DNA from: Alphaproteobacteria bacterium
GTDB lineage: Bacteria > Pseudomonadota > Alphaproteobacteria > CALKHQ01
NCBI GenBank assembly: GCA_965227515.1
Contig: CBDDFZ010000002.1
Coordinates: 160,001-224,000 of the forward strand
Direction: 5' to 3'
DNA length: 64,000 bases
Below the pieces are notes generated by a model. The model was given only the letters and a program-made list of their open reading frames with translations, was not told the DNA's origin and ran no database searches. Of this stretch, positions 37,012 to 47,050 are shown in pieces. The position numbers and the translations under genes are program-made. Numbering within the stretch: position 1 is the first letter of the stretch; each line of letters starts with the position of its first letter.

Positions 37012-38025
37012 ATGAGACTGACCCATTTGCGCGCGATTGCGGCCACCGTGACGACCGCGGTGACGGCAACCGTCACGGTCGGCATGGCCGCCGCGACCGG
37101 CGCCTGGGCGGAGACATTGAGTCTCGCCCATTTCGTGCCGCCGCAGCACATCGTGACCAGTTCCACCATCGAGCCGCTGCAGCAGGCGGTGTCGGAAGCG
37201 GCACCCGACCTGGAGATCCAGGTCTATCCCGGCGGCGAGCTTGGCGCCGGTCCGCTGGAGCAGTATGTGCGCGCGGTGCAGGGCGTGGCCGACATCACCT
37301 GGGGCCTGCAGGGCTACACCTCGTCGCAATTCCCCAAGACCATGGTCTCGGAGCTGCCGGGCGTCCTGTCCGATGGGCTGACCGGATATGACGCGCTGTG
37401 GAACGCCTATGACGCCGGGCTGCTGAGCGACGAGTTTCCGGCGACGGTGCCGCTGGCGCTCTACCTGTCCGAGCCGAACATCTTCATCATGAAGGATCGC
37501 GACGTGCGCACGCCCGAGGACGTTGCCGGCCTGAAGCTGCGCGTTTCCGGTGCGGCCGCCGCCAGCGTGGTCGAGGCGCTTGGCGCGGTGCCGGTGCAGA
37601 TGCCGGCCAACGAGATCTACAACGCGCTGCAGACGGGCCTTGTCGACGGGGTCATCACCGGCGCCTCGGCGGTCGGCGACTTCAAGCTCGACGAGGTGGC
37701 CAACAGCTACACGCTCGGCCCCAGCCTGGGGCACATCTCGTTTTATCTCGTGATGAACGAGGCGCGGTACAACGGCCTGTCGGACGCGCATCGCGCGGCC
37801 ATCGATTCCATCGCCGGGCGGCCGCTGTCGCAGTCGGCCGAGGAGGGCTGGAACGGCCGCGCCGCCGACGTGATCGCAGAGTTGAAGGCGGCCGGCGACA
37901 ACACGGTGATCGAGCTTTCGGCCGAGGAGGCGGCGGCGTTCGATGCCCTGACCATCCCGGTGACCGACCAGGTGGTGTCCGAACTCGGCGCGGAGGACGT
38001 GCTCGCGGCGATGCGCGGCGAGTGA
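37012..38025 (+). CDS. dctP: TRAP transporter substrate-binding protein
   Basis: YPGGELG, GVADI, RTPEDVAGLKLRV, LGAVPV..EIYNALQTG. Confidence 0.9.
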   Translation: MRLTHLRAIAATVTTAVTATVTVGMAAATGAWAETLSLAHFVPPQHIVTSSTIEPLQQAVSEAAPDLEIQVYPGGELGAGPLEQYVRAVQGVADITWGLQGYTSSQFPKTMVSELPGVLSDGLTGYDALWNAYDAGLLSDEFPATVPLALYLSEPNIFIMKDRDVRTPEDVAGLKLRVSGAAAASVVEALGAVPVQMPANEIYNALQTGLVDGVITGASAVGDFKLDEVANSYTLGPSLGHISFYLVMNEARYNGLSDAHRAAIDSIAGRPLSQSAEEGWNGRAADVIAELKAAGDNTVIELSAEEAAAFDALTIPVTDQVVSELGAEDVLAAMRGE

Positions 38026-38537
38026 CCCTTCTCGACCGGATCGACCGGGGCGCGGAGCGGCTGATCCGCCTCTCCGCGCTTGCCGGTACGATCGGGCTGC
38101 TGGTTGCCGCCGGCGTCGTCCTGGTGGACGTCGTCGGCCGCTATTTCGGGGCGCCGCTGCGCGGTGCGCAGGACATCTCGACCATGGCGATGGTCATCAT
38201 CGTCTTCGGCGGCATGGCACTCTGCGACCGTGTCGGCGGCCACATCTCGGTCGATATCCTGGAACCCTCGATGCCCGGCTGGCTCAAGACCGCGGGCGAT
38301 CTTGCGTCGGACCTGCTGGGCGCGGCGATCTTTATCGGCCTCGCGGTCGCGATCTGGGAAAGCGCCGGTCTCTCCCAGATGCTCAATCTGGCAACCAACA
38401 TCATCAGCCTGCCGAAGGCGTGGTTCCAGTACGCCGCGGTCGTGATGTCGGCGATCACGGCGCTGGGCATGCTGCTGCGGGCCGCCCTGACGGCGATTGG
38501 CCGTAACCCGCGCCGCCGCTTGCAAGAGGCGAAGTGA
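38022..38537 (+). CDS. dctQ: TRAP transporter small permease
   Basis: Four TM segments, DVVGRY, GHISVD; between dctP and dctM. Confidence 0.88.
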   Translation: MTLLDRIDRGAERLIRLSALAGTIGLLVAAGVVLVDVVGRYFGAPLRGAQDISTMAMVIIVFGGMALCDRVGGHISVDILEPSMPGWLKTAGDLASDLLGAAIFIGLAVAIWESAGLSQMLNLATNIISLPKAWFQYAAVVMSAITALGMLLRAALTAIGRNPRRRLQEAK

Positions 38538-39844
38538 GCGACTTCTCGGTCGGCCTCGTGGGCCTGGGCGTCCTGTTCGTGCTGCTGGCCCTGCGTGTCC
38601 CGGTGGCCTTCTCCATGTTCGCCGTCGGCTTCGTCGGCATCGCCGTGCTGCGAGACACGACGTCGGCGATGAGCCTGCTCGCGTCGGAGAGTTTCACCCT
38701 GGCGTCCTCCGCAGAGCTCGTGGTCGTGCCGCTGTTCATCCTGATGGGCAATGTCGCGACCGAATCAGGCATGAGCCGGCGGCTCTACGACGCCGCCTAC
38801 GCGGTCATCGGGCGGCTGCCCGGCGGGCTGGCCTCGGCGACCGCCATCGGTTGTGGCGGGTTCGCAGCACTCTCCGGCTCGTCGGTGGCGTCTGCGCTCA
38901 CCATGGGCAAGGTCTCGATCTCGGAGATGGACCGCTTCAACTACGACCCCCGGCTGTCGACCGGCGTGGTCGCGGCCGGCGGCACCCTCGGCATCCTGAT
39001 CCCGCCGTCCACCGGCTTCGTCATCTACGCCATCCTGGCGCAGGAGAGCATCGGGCGGCTGTTCCTGGCCGGGGTGCTGCCCGGCATCCTGCTGTTGTCG
39101 ATGTTCGTGGCCACGGTCACGCTGCTCTGCCGCATCAACCCGGCGCTCGGCCCCGCCGGCCCGTCCACCAGCATGCGCCAGAAGATGCACGCGATGGCTG
39201 GCGCCATTCCGATCCTCGTCGTCGTCATCCTGACCATCGGCGGCATCTACGCGGGCGTGTTCTCGCCGGTGGAGGCGGCGGCGGTCGGTGCCGCCTTCGT
39301 CATCCTGATCGCGGTCCTGATGGGCCAGTTGACGTGGGCCAGGCTGTGGGCGGCGACCAGTTCGTCGGTGGTGACCACGGCGACCGTGATGCTGATCTTG
39401 ATCGCGGCGCACATGATGAACCCGTTCCTGGCACTCTCCCACATTCCCCAGGCGCTGGGCGAGTTCCTGGCCGGCCTGGAGCTGCCGGCGCTCGGCGTCC
39501 TGGCCCTGATTCTGCTCTGCTACATCGTGCTCGGCTGCTTCCTGGAAGGCTTCGCGATGCTGGTGCTGTCGATGCCGATCTTCTTCCCGATCGTCATCGC
39601 GCTGGAGATCGACCCGATTTGGTTCGGCGTGCTTGTGGTGCTGGCGCTGGAGATGGGCCTGATCTCGCCGCCGGTCGGCGTGAACGTGTTCATCGTGAAG
39701 TCGGTGGCGCCCGGCGTGCCGCTCGGCCGCATCTTCGCCGGCGTGATGCCGTTCTGGATCGCGATGCTGATCACGCTGGCGATCCTGGTCGCCTTTCCCC
39801 AGATCGCGCTGTTCCTGCCCAACACGATGATCGGGGCGCCTTGA
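38534..39844 (+). CDS. dctM: TRAP transporter large permease
   Basis: VPLFILMG, SGSSVA, GGTLGILIPPS, DPIWFG, ISPPVG. Confidence 0.92.
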   Translation: MSDFSVGLVGLGVLFVLLALRVPVAFSMFAVGFVGIAVLRDTTSAMSLLASESFTLASSAELVVVPLFILMGNVATESGMSRRLYDAAYAVIGRLPGGLASATAIGCGGFAALSGSSVASALTMGKVSISEMDRFNYDPRLSTGVVAAGGTLGILIPPSTGFVIYAILAQESIGRLFLAGVLPGILLLSMFVATVTLLCRINPALGPAGPSTSMRQKMHAMAGAIPILVVVILTIGGIYAGVFSPVEAAAVGAAFVILIAVLMGQLTWARLWAATSSSVVTTATVMLILIAAHMMNPFLALSHIPQALGEFLAGLELPALGVLALILLCYIVLGCFLEGFAMLVLSMPIFFPIVIALEIDPIWFGVLVVLALEMGLISPPVGVNVFIVKSVAPGVPLGRIFAGVMPFWIAMLITLAILVAFPQIALFLPNTMIGAP

Positions 39845-39883
39845 TCCCGGTCAGCTTGGGCTGAGGTTTGCGCCGGACCCACG

Positions 39884-41161
39884 CTACAGCGTGAACTGCA
39901 GGTTCTCCGACAGCACCAGGCCGGCGGCGCCGCGCAGGGTCGCCCGATCCTCCACGTCGCCGAGCCGGAAGTGGAGCGCGTGCCCCGGCTGGGCCGGCAC
40001 CATGGCACGAACGTGCTCGGCGATCGCGTCGCGCAGGATGGCACCGCCGCCCACCACGTCGCCGCACAGCACATAGTGGTTGGGCGACATGGTCTGGTGC
40101 AGGTTGGCGACGCCGATGGCGATGTTGCGCGCGAAACGGTCCAGCAGGTCGGCCGCACCCTTGTCGCCATGGTTGGCGAGATAGGTCAACCGCGCGGAAT
40201 CCATGAACTCGTGGTCGGGCAGGCGCAGCTTGCGCGCCTCGTCGCGCAGCCAGAACAGGGTGGCGATGGTCTCCCAGCAGCCGCGCCGTCCGCAGCGGCA
40301 CAAGTCGCCGTCGATCTGCACGAAGGTGTGGCCCAGCTCGCCGCCGCCGCCGCCGGGGCCGCGATAGAGGCGGCCGTCGAGATAGAGCGCGCCGCCCAGC
40401 ACCTCGCCGACCACGATGACGGCGAAGTTGCTGAGCCCCCGGCCGACGCCGAACCAGCGCTCGCCGAGCAGCAGGGCGCGCGGGTAGTGGTCGATGCAGG
40501 TCGCCAGCCCGGTCCGCTGGTAAAGCTCGCGGCCCAGCGGGTAGCCGGCCAGCGCTGGCGCCAGGTTGACCGCGACGATGGTGTTGGTGTCGGTGTTGAT
40601 CATGCCGCCGACCGCGACGCCGATGCCGAGCGGTTCGCGCGGCGCCTGCGCCAGCGTGCGCTCGACGCATCGCATCAGGCCCTCGATCAGCGCGCCGGGG
40701 TCGGACGCGTCGGCATCCAGCGGTTCGCTGTGCTCGGCGTAGATGTGCCCGGTCAGGCCGACCAGGGCGGAACGCGCCATGTCCGGCAGCAGCACGGCGG
40801 CGCAGATCGGTCCGGCCTCCGGGGAAAACCACAAAGGGTGCGCCGGCTTACCGCCGCCGGACGACGGCTTGGCCCGTCCCTCGACCAGTATCCCCTGCTC
40901 CAGCAAGGGCTGGACGATGCCGGAGATTGTCGTCCGGTTGACGGCCGCGCGGCGCGCCAGCTCGGCCCTGCTGGTCGGCCCCAGGTCGAACAGCGCCTGC
41001 AACACCCGGCCGCGATTGGCCGACCCGATCGTGTGCGACGACAGCAGGCCCTGGCGGCGGCCTCGATCGGTTGGGCTGCGGCGCCCGACCAGCCGGTCCG
41101 CGCCGGTTGCCGGCTCGGTGGCACTGGGTCCGTATTCGTCGAATTCGTCGTCGTGGTGCAT
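39884..41161 (-). CDS. ROK-family transcriptional regulator
   Basis: SRAELARRAAVNRTTIS wHTH, GELGH, CRCGRRGCWE; start near 41161 (the longer ORF-track extension is the antisense shadow of the SBP gene). Confidence 0.88.
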   Translation of the reverse strand: MHHDDEFDEYGPSATEPATGADRLVGRRSPTDRGRRQGLLSSHTIGSANRGRVLQALFDLGPTSRAELARRAAVNRTTISGIVQPLLEQGILVEGRAKPSSGGGKPAHPLWFSPEAGPICAAVLLPDMARSALVGLTGHIYAEHSEPLDADASDPGALIEGLMRCVERTLAQAPREPLGIGVAVGGMINTDTNTIVAVNLAPALAGYPLGRELYQRTGLATCIDHYPRALLLGERWFGVGRGLSNFAVIVVGEVLGGALYLDGRLYRGPGGGGGELGHTFVQIDGDLCRCGRRGCWETIATLFWLRDEARKLRLPDHEFMDSARLTYLANHGDKGAADLLDRFARNIAIGVANLHQTMSPNHYVLCGDVVGGGAILRDAIAEHVRAMVPAQPGHALHFRLGDVEDRATLRGAAGLVLSENLQFTL

Positions 41162-41327
41162 GGTTTGAAGGTGTGGGCCCTGCGCAGGGCGGGCCAAGCA
41201 TAGTGCGTTGAGAGCACGATACACCCAACGATGTTGACAGCCCCAGACATTAGTGCGAGCCTCGTACTTAATCCGCATGGGGACACATCGACGTGCAGGA
41301 TTCAGGGGGTCTTCGAACAACTTCGTA

Positions 41328-41509
41328 TGGCGACATTGTCGCCAGTCGGCGGCGTGGCCGTCGGCGCACCGGCGTGGCTGGAGGCCGCCACTTAAGCTAG
41401 GTGCGGCAACGAACGCCGCACCAGGTGCCGGCTTGCGAGGGATCGAGCGCCGGCATCCCAAATCGCTAGGTATGGCTGTTCGTCCAATCCTAGACTTGGG
41501 AGAAACGTT
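41328..41509 (+). promoter_or_regulatory. Multi-hairpin 5' leader of the CUT1 operon
   Basis: Five consecutive inverted repeats; the last overlaps the GGGAGA Shine-Dalgarno sequence. Confidence 0.45.
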
Positions 41510-42829
41510 GTGGACCGGGAAAAGAACCTTCAACGCTATCTGGCCGACCGCCGTACCGTGCTGAAGGGCGGCCTGGCCGCTGCGGGCGCGATGGCGGCGC
41601 CCGGGCTGGCCGGCCGGGCCAGCGCTGCACCGGCGGATCCGCTGCACTTCGTCGGTTGGCAGTACAACCCGCAGATCGTGGAAGAGAACGTTGGCATCTT
41701 CCGTGACCTCTACGACGAGAACGTGAATTACGAGCTGGTGCCGGGCGAATACCACGCCGTGGTCGAGACCAAGCTGATCGCCGGCCAGCACATCGACATG
41801 ATGTACTCCGAGGAAGACCGCATCCTGCGCTGGAACCGTGCCGGCTGGACGCGCAGCCTGGACGGGCTGCCGGGCCTCGACGAGATCAAGGCCAATATGT
41901 ACGACGTCAACGTCCACAATATGTCGCTGCCCGACGGCACCCTCGGCGGCCTGCCGTACTACACCGGCTTCAACTCCTTCGTGTGCAACCAGAACCACCT
42001 GGACGCCGCCGGCCTGGAGCCGCCGGAGAGCTGGGAAGAGTTGATGGAGCAATGCCGCCAGCTCAAGCAGGACGGCATCTCCGAATACCCGTACATCAGC
42101 GCCTGGACGCGGCAGTGGCCGACGCTGTCGTGGAGCCTGTTCTCGATCTGGTATTCGGAAGGCGCGAAGGTCTTCGACGAGAACAACGACCCCGACTTCG
42201 GGCCGGAGTTCCGCTCGGTGCTGGAAATGCACCGCCAGATGTACGAGGAAGAGCTCGTCGTTCCCGACATCATGACGCTGCAGGGCGAGGCGGTGCCGAA
42301 CTTCGCCACCGGCCAGCACACCTACATGGTGGTGCACGAGTACGACCAGAAGGTGTTCAACACGCCTGATATGTCGCAGATCGCCGGCGCCTGCCGCAAC
42401 GCGATCATGCCGGGCAAGACGCGGTCGACCTTCATCTGGACCGCGGTCTACCAGATGGGCGCGAACCCGATCGACGAACAGCGCGCCTGGGACCTGATGC
42501 AGTTCTTCGGCGGCAAGGCGTCGGACGGCAACTACTACGTCGCCGAGCGCTGGGCGCTGGAGTTCGGCCTGGGCACGCCGCACAAGGAGGTCATCGAGAG
42601 CGCGGAGGTGCAGGAAGCCTTCTCGCAGTGGAAGGACATGGAGGTCGCGACCCAGCAACTGGAGACCGCCACCACCCGCGACGTCGCCAAGACCATGTGG
42701 TTCCCGGAATGGGACTGGTACATGATGGGCGAGGTTCAGGACTACATCCGAGGCGAGCAGTCGACCGACGAGCTGATCGACAAGCTGCACGCCAAGGCGG
42801 TCGAGGTGAAGAGCCTCTATCCCGAATAA
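41510..42829 (+). CDS. CUT1 ABC substrate-binding protein with Tat signal
   Basis: DRRTVLK twin-arginine motif; GLPYY, PPESWEEL; upstream of permease and MalK-like genes. Confidence 0.88.
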   Translation: MDREKNLQRYLADRRTVLKGGLAAAGAMAAPGLAGRASAAPADPLHFVGWQYNPQIVEENVGIFRDLYDENVNYELVPGEYHAVVETKLIAGQHIDMMYSEEDRILRWNRAGWTRSLDGLPGLDEIKANMYDVNVHNMSLPDGTLGGLPYYTGFNSFVCNQNHLDAAGLEPPESWEELMEQCRQLKQDGISEYPYISAWTRQWPTLSWSLFSIWYSEGAKVFDENNDPDFGPEFRSVLEMHRQMYEEELVVPDIMTLQGEAVPNFATGQHTYMVVHEYDQKVFNTPDMSQIAGACRNAIMPGKTRSTFIWTAVYQMGANPIDEQRAWDLMQFFGGKASDGNYYVAERWALEFGLGTPHKEVIESAEVQEAFSQWKDMEVATQQLETATTRDVAKTMWFPEWDWYMMGEVQDYIRGEQSTDELIDKLHAKAVEVKSLYPE

Positions 42830-42915
42830 GCCTCAACGGACGTCGGCGGCCGCGCCCAGCGGCCGCCGGTTCCCGGCTTGACTCATCACACTGAAACACG
42901 CGCAAGACTGGGGCA

Positions 42916-44856
42916 ATGACCGCAGACACCGCTACGCCGTCGTCGATACCGGCGCGCGCCAGCCGGCGGCGCGACCGGCCGCGCATTCTGGTGCCGGTGC
43001 TGCTGACGGTGCCCGCGTTGCTGGTGGTGTTCGTCGTGTTCGGCATGCCGCTGGGCTATTCGCTGGTGCTCAGCCTGCACCGCATCAACATGCTGACCCA
43101 GCAATGGACCTTTGTGTGGTTCGACAACTACCTCGACATCCTGCCGCACGAGGAGTTCCTGTCGGCGCTTGGCCGCACCGCCTATTTCACCGCGATCACG
43201 GTGATCGGCGGGCTGATTGTCGGCATGGGCATGGCGCTGGCGCTGAACTGCCGCTTCCCCGGCCGCAACTTCCTGCGCAGCGCGATGCTGGTGCCCTGGG
43301 CGATGGCGCCGGTGGCCGTGGGCATCCTGTGGGGCTGGATGTTCAACGGCGAATACGGCACGCTGAACGCGCTGCTCTACGACCTGGGCCTGATCGAGGA
43401 CCCCGTCCATTGGCTGGCTGACGGCGACACCGCCTTCAACCTGGTGGCCCTGGTCCACATCTGGAACCAGGCGCCGCTGGCAGCACTCCTGATCCTGGCC
43501 GGGCTGCAATCCCTGCCCGAGAACCTGCACCGGGCCGCGCGCATCGACGGTGCCGGCCCGATCGAGCGCTTCGTCAAGATCACGCTGCCCTGGCTGCGGC
43601 CGATGATGCTGCTGATCCTGATCCTGACCTCGATCAACTCGATCATGGCGTTCGACCTGTTCTGGATCATGACCAAGGGCGGGCCCGGTAGCGCCACCAC
43701 GGTCTTCTCGTGGATGGGCTACGCCTATGCATTCCAGTTCTCGCGCTATGGCGAAGGTGCGGCGATCCTGTTCGTGCTCACCATCGTCTGCCTGATCCTG
43801 GCCTGGCTCTATCTGAAACTGTTCTTTCCGAAGACGGCCCGGCGCGGCGGTGGCGAGGGTGGTGGCGTGCGTGTCGCCCGGTTGGCCGACACCCTGATCG
43901 TCCGCGCGTCGGAAATCGGTGCCGGGGCAGCGTCGCGCCTGTTGCGCCTGCCCGTCCGGCACCGCTCCAGCCTGATGTCGGGCCAGGCGCGGCGGGTGGC
44001 GTGGCGCGTCTTCCTGACCGTGGTCGCGATCCTGATCTTCGTCTGGTCGTTCGGGCCGTTCCTGTGGCTGGTGCTGATGAGCCTGTCCACGTCGGCCGAC
44101 CTTGTGCGCAGCCCGCCGACCTCCATTCCGACCACGCTGACCTTGGAGAACTACCGCTTCGTGCTGTTCCCCGGCGGCGTGGAGGACGGCCAGTCGTCGA
44201 TCCAGGCGACCCGGGTGCCGCGCTCGATCATGAACAGCTTCATCATCGCCTCGGCGGTGACGGCCATCAACTTGCTGCTTGGCTCGATCGCGGCGTACGC
44301 GTACGCGCGCAACCAGCACAGCCGCGTCATGAACACCACGCTGTGGGTGCTGATGATGACGCGCATGGCGCCCAGCCTGGCGCTGATCCTGCCGTTCTTC
44401 ATCGTGTTCCGTGCGCTCGACCTGATCGACACCCACCTCGCGCTGATCATCGCCTATTGCAGCCTGATCCTGCCGCTGTCGATCTGGATGATGAAGGGCT
44501 ACTTCGAATCCATGCCGCCGAACCTGGAGAAGGCGGCGATGGTGGACGGCTGCACCCGCTGGAAGGCGCTGTGGAAGGTGGTGTTCCCGGTGGCGCGGCC
44601 GGGCATCGTGGCCACCGGCATCTTCTGTTTCCTGGTCAGCTGGAACGAGTTCATCTTCGCGCTGATCCTGACCGGCTCGCCGAATGCGCAGACCATTCCG
44701 GTGGTCATCGCCGGCTTCCTGGCGCAGCTCAGATTCTACGACTTCGGGCCCATGTTCGCCGCCAGCGCATTGGCGGTGATCCCGCCCGTTCTGGTGGCGC
44801 TGCTGTTCCAGCGCTACCTGGTCAGCGGCATGCTGTCCGGTTCGCTGAAGGGATGA
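42916..44856 (+). CDS. Fused CUT1 permease (MalF-like + MalG-like)
   Basis: 646 aa with two EAA loops (HRAARIDGAG and EKAAMVDGCT); MTKGGPG in the first half; SWNEF and GSLKG end in the second half. Confidence 0.88.
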   Translation: MTADTATPSSIPARASRRRDRPRILVPVLLTVPALLVVFVVFGMPLGYSLVLSLHRINMLTQQWTFVWFDNYLDILPHEEFLSALGRTAYFTAITVIGGLIVGMGMALALNCRFPGRNFLRSAMLVPWAMAPVAVGILWGWMFNGEYGTLNALLYDLGLIEDPVHWLADGDTAFNLVALVHIWNQAPLAALLILAGLQSLPENLHRAARIDGAGPIERFVKITLPWLRPMMLLILILTSINSIMAFDLFWIMTKGGPGSATTVFSWMGYAYAFQFSRYGEGAAILFVLTIVCLILAWLYLKLFFPKTARRGGGEGGGVRVARLADTLIVRASEIGAGAASRLLRLPVRHRSSLMSGQARRVAWRVFLTVVAILIFVWSFGPFLWLVLMSLSTSADLVRSPPTSIPTTLTLENYRFVLFPGGVEDGQSSIQATRVPRSIMNSFIIASAVTAINLLLGSIAAYAYARNQHSRVMNTTLWVLMMTRMAPSLALILPFFIVFRALDLIDTHLALIIAYCSLILPLSIWMMKGYFESMPPNLEKAAMVDGCTRWKALWKVVFPVARPGIVATGIFCFLVSWNEFIFALILTGSPNAQTIPVVIAGFLAQLRFYDFGPMFAASALAVIPPVLVALLFQRYLVSGMLSGSLKG

Positions 44857-44869
44857 CAGGGAGGAACCG

Positions 44870-45967
44870 ATGGCGAGCGTGACCCTGCGGCAATTGACCA
44901 AGATGTTCGGCGACGTGACCGCCGTCAATGCGCTGGACGTGGCGATCAGCGACGGCGAGTTCCTGACCCTGCTCGGGCCCTCCGGCTGCGGCAAGTCGAC
45001 CGCGCTGGCGTGCATCGCCGGGTTGGAGATACCGACCGGCGGCGAGATCGTGTTCGACGACCAGCCGGTGACCGACCTGATGGCGCACCAGCGCAACGTC
45101 GCCATGGTGTTCCAGGACTACGCGCTCTACCCGCACATGAGCGTGCGCGAGAACATGAGCTTCGGCCTGCGCCAGCAGAAAGTGGCGGCGGCCGACATTC
45201 GCCAGCAGGTCGACACCGCCGCCGAGATGCTGGACCTGACCATGCTGCTCGACCGGCGGCCGGCGGAGCTTTCCGGCGGCCAGCGCCAGCGCGTCGCGGT
45301 CGGCCGGGCGGTGGTGCGCAACCCGTCAGTGTTTCTGATGGACGAGCCGCTGTCCAACCTGGACGCCGGGCTCCGGATCAAGACCCGCACCCAGATCAAG
45401 AGCCTGCAGCGCACGCTGGGCGTCACCTCCGTCTTCGTCACCCACGACCAGGAAGAGGCGATGGTGCTGTCGGACCGGATCGCGGTGATGCGGCTTGGCC
45501 AGTTGCAGCAGATCGGCCCGCCGATGGATGTCTATCGCGACCCGGACAATCTGTTCGTCGCCTCGTTCATCGGCAGCCCGGCGATGAACTTTCTGGAGGC
45601 GACGGTGCAGGCCGCCGACGGCGGGCTGGCCTGCTGGTTCGCCGACCAGCAGGTCGCATTGCCGGCCAGCGTGCTGCGCCATGGCCAGGTGGATGGCACC
45701 GGGCGCGCCGTCGTGCTCGGCATCCGCCCGACCGATCTTCAGGTCGGCGGCCCCATTGAGGAGACACGGGGCGAGGCGATGCGCGGCGAGGTGTTCCTGG
45801 TCGAGCCGGTCGGCCCGGTGTCCTATGTCGACGTCAAGATCGGCGAGTTCGTGGTCAAGGCGGTCTGCGAGCCCGATGACGCGCCGCAGATCGGCGAGAC
45901 CGTCACCCTGAATTTCCTGGCCGAGCGTGCGCGCCTGTTCGATCCGGACAGCGAGCAGCGCTTGTAG
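44870..45967 (+). CDS. CUT1 ABC ATP-binding protein (MalK/UgpC-like)
   Basis: GPSGCGKS, VFQDYALYPHM, LSGGQRQR, MDEPLSNLD, FIGSPAMN. Confidence 0.93.
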   Translation: MASVTLRQLTKMFGDVTAVNALDVAISDGEFLTLLGPSGCGKSTALACIAGLEIPTGGEIVFDDQPVTDLMAHQRNVAMVFQDYALYPHMSVRENMSFGLRQQKVAAADIRQQVDTAAEMLDLTMLLDRRPAELSGGQRQRVAVGRAVVRNPSVFLMDEPLSNLDAGLRIKTRTQIKSLQRTLGVTSVFVTHDQEEAMVLSDRIAVMRLGQLQQIGPPMDVYRDPDNLFVASFIGSPAMNFLEATVQAADGGLACWFADQQVALPASVLRHGQVDGTGRAVVLGIRPTDLQVGGPIEETRGEAMRGEVFLVEPVGPVSYVDVKIGEFVVKAVCEPDDAPQIGETVTLNFLAERARLFDPDSEQRL

Positions 45968-46020
45968 GCCAATTCTAGAATGGCTGCCTTTGGGCCGCTC
46001 CAATCGGAGGAAAAGAAGAG

Positions 46021-47043
46021 ATGGCGATGGACAAGGTGAAGCTGGCCGTGGTCGGGGCCGGCATCTGGGGCGAGAACCATGCGATGGCCTTCGCCCACTA
46101 CCCGCTGGTCGACCTTGCCTATATCTGCGACCTGGATGGCGACCGCGCCAAGGCGCTGGCCGACAAGGTGGGCTGCGACTGGACGACCGATATCGACGCG
46201 CTGGCCAACAGCGACATCGACGGCGCCAGCATCGCCACGCCAGACCATGCCCACAAGGGCCCGGCGCTGAAGCTGATCGAAGCCGGCAAGCACCTGCTGA
46301 TCGAGAAGCCCTTCACCACCGACATCGACGAGGCGCGCGAGATCATCGCCGCCTCCGAGGCCAAGGGCACCAAGCTGATGGTGGATTTCCAGTTGCGCTG
46401 GCATCCGCAGTACATGGGCGCCAAGCACTATGTGGAATCCGGCGAACTGGGCGACGCGGTGATGGGCTATGCCCGCCTCAGCGACACCATCTACGTGCCG
46501 ACCAAGATGCTCTCCTGGGGGGCGGCGTCGGGGCCGGAATGGTTCCTGTTCCCGCACACCATGGACGTCACCCGCTGGATCCTGGGCGAGGAGCCGGTGG
46601 AGGTGTTTGCGCGCGGCAGCAAGAAGGTTCTGGCCGGCATGGGCATCGACGCCTGGGACGCGGTGCAGGCCTCGGTCCAGTTCGAGCGCAGCTTCGTCAC
46701 CTTCGAGACCTGCTGGATCATTCCCGAATCCTACCCGACCGTGGTCGATTCCAAGTTCACGCTCTACGGCAGCACCGGCTGCATCGAGCTGGACAGCACC
46801 CCGGGCATCGCGATCTCGTCCGACCGCTACAAGTACCCGTTCTCCAGCCACGCGATCACGCGTTACGGCAAGCCGTTCGCCCATTTCTATGAGTCGATCA
46901 AGTACTTCGCCGACTGCATCGCCGAGGACAAGGTGCCCGAGGCGACCGGCAATGACGGGCTGGTCGCCACCGCGATGATCCAGGCCACGGTGAAGTCCCT
47001 GAACGAGGGCCGGGCGGTGAAGCTCTCCGAACTGCTTGGCTGA
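46021..47043 (+). CDS. Gfo/Idh/MocA family oxidoreductase
   Basis: VVGAGIWG, IATPDHAH, IEKP. Confidence 0.9.
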   Translation: MAMDKVKLAVVGAGIWGENHAMAFAHYPLVDLAYICDLDGDRAKALADKVGCDWTTDIDALANSDIDGASIATPDHAHKGPALKLIEAGKHLLIEKPFTTDIDEAREIIAASEAKGTKLMVDFQLRWHPQYMGAKHYVESGELGDAVMGYARLSDTIYVPTKMLSWGAASGPEWFLFPHTMDVTRWILGEEPVEVFARGSKKVLAGMGIDAWDAVQASVQFERSFVTFETCWIIPESYPTVVDSKFTLYGSTGCIELDSTPGIAISSDRYKYPFSSHAITRYGKPFAHFYESIKYFADCIAEDKVPEATGNDGLVATAMIQATVKSLNEGRAVKLSELLG

Positions 47044-47050
47044 CGCCGCG

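Noticed and set aside
41162-42790. N-terminal extension making the ROK a 968-aa protein
   Set aside because: The extension is antisense to the SBP gene and crosses the intergenic promoter; ROK homology starts near 41161
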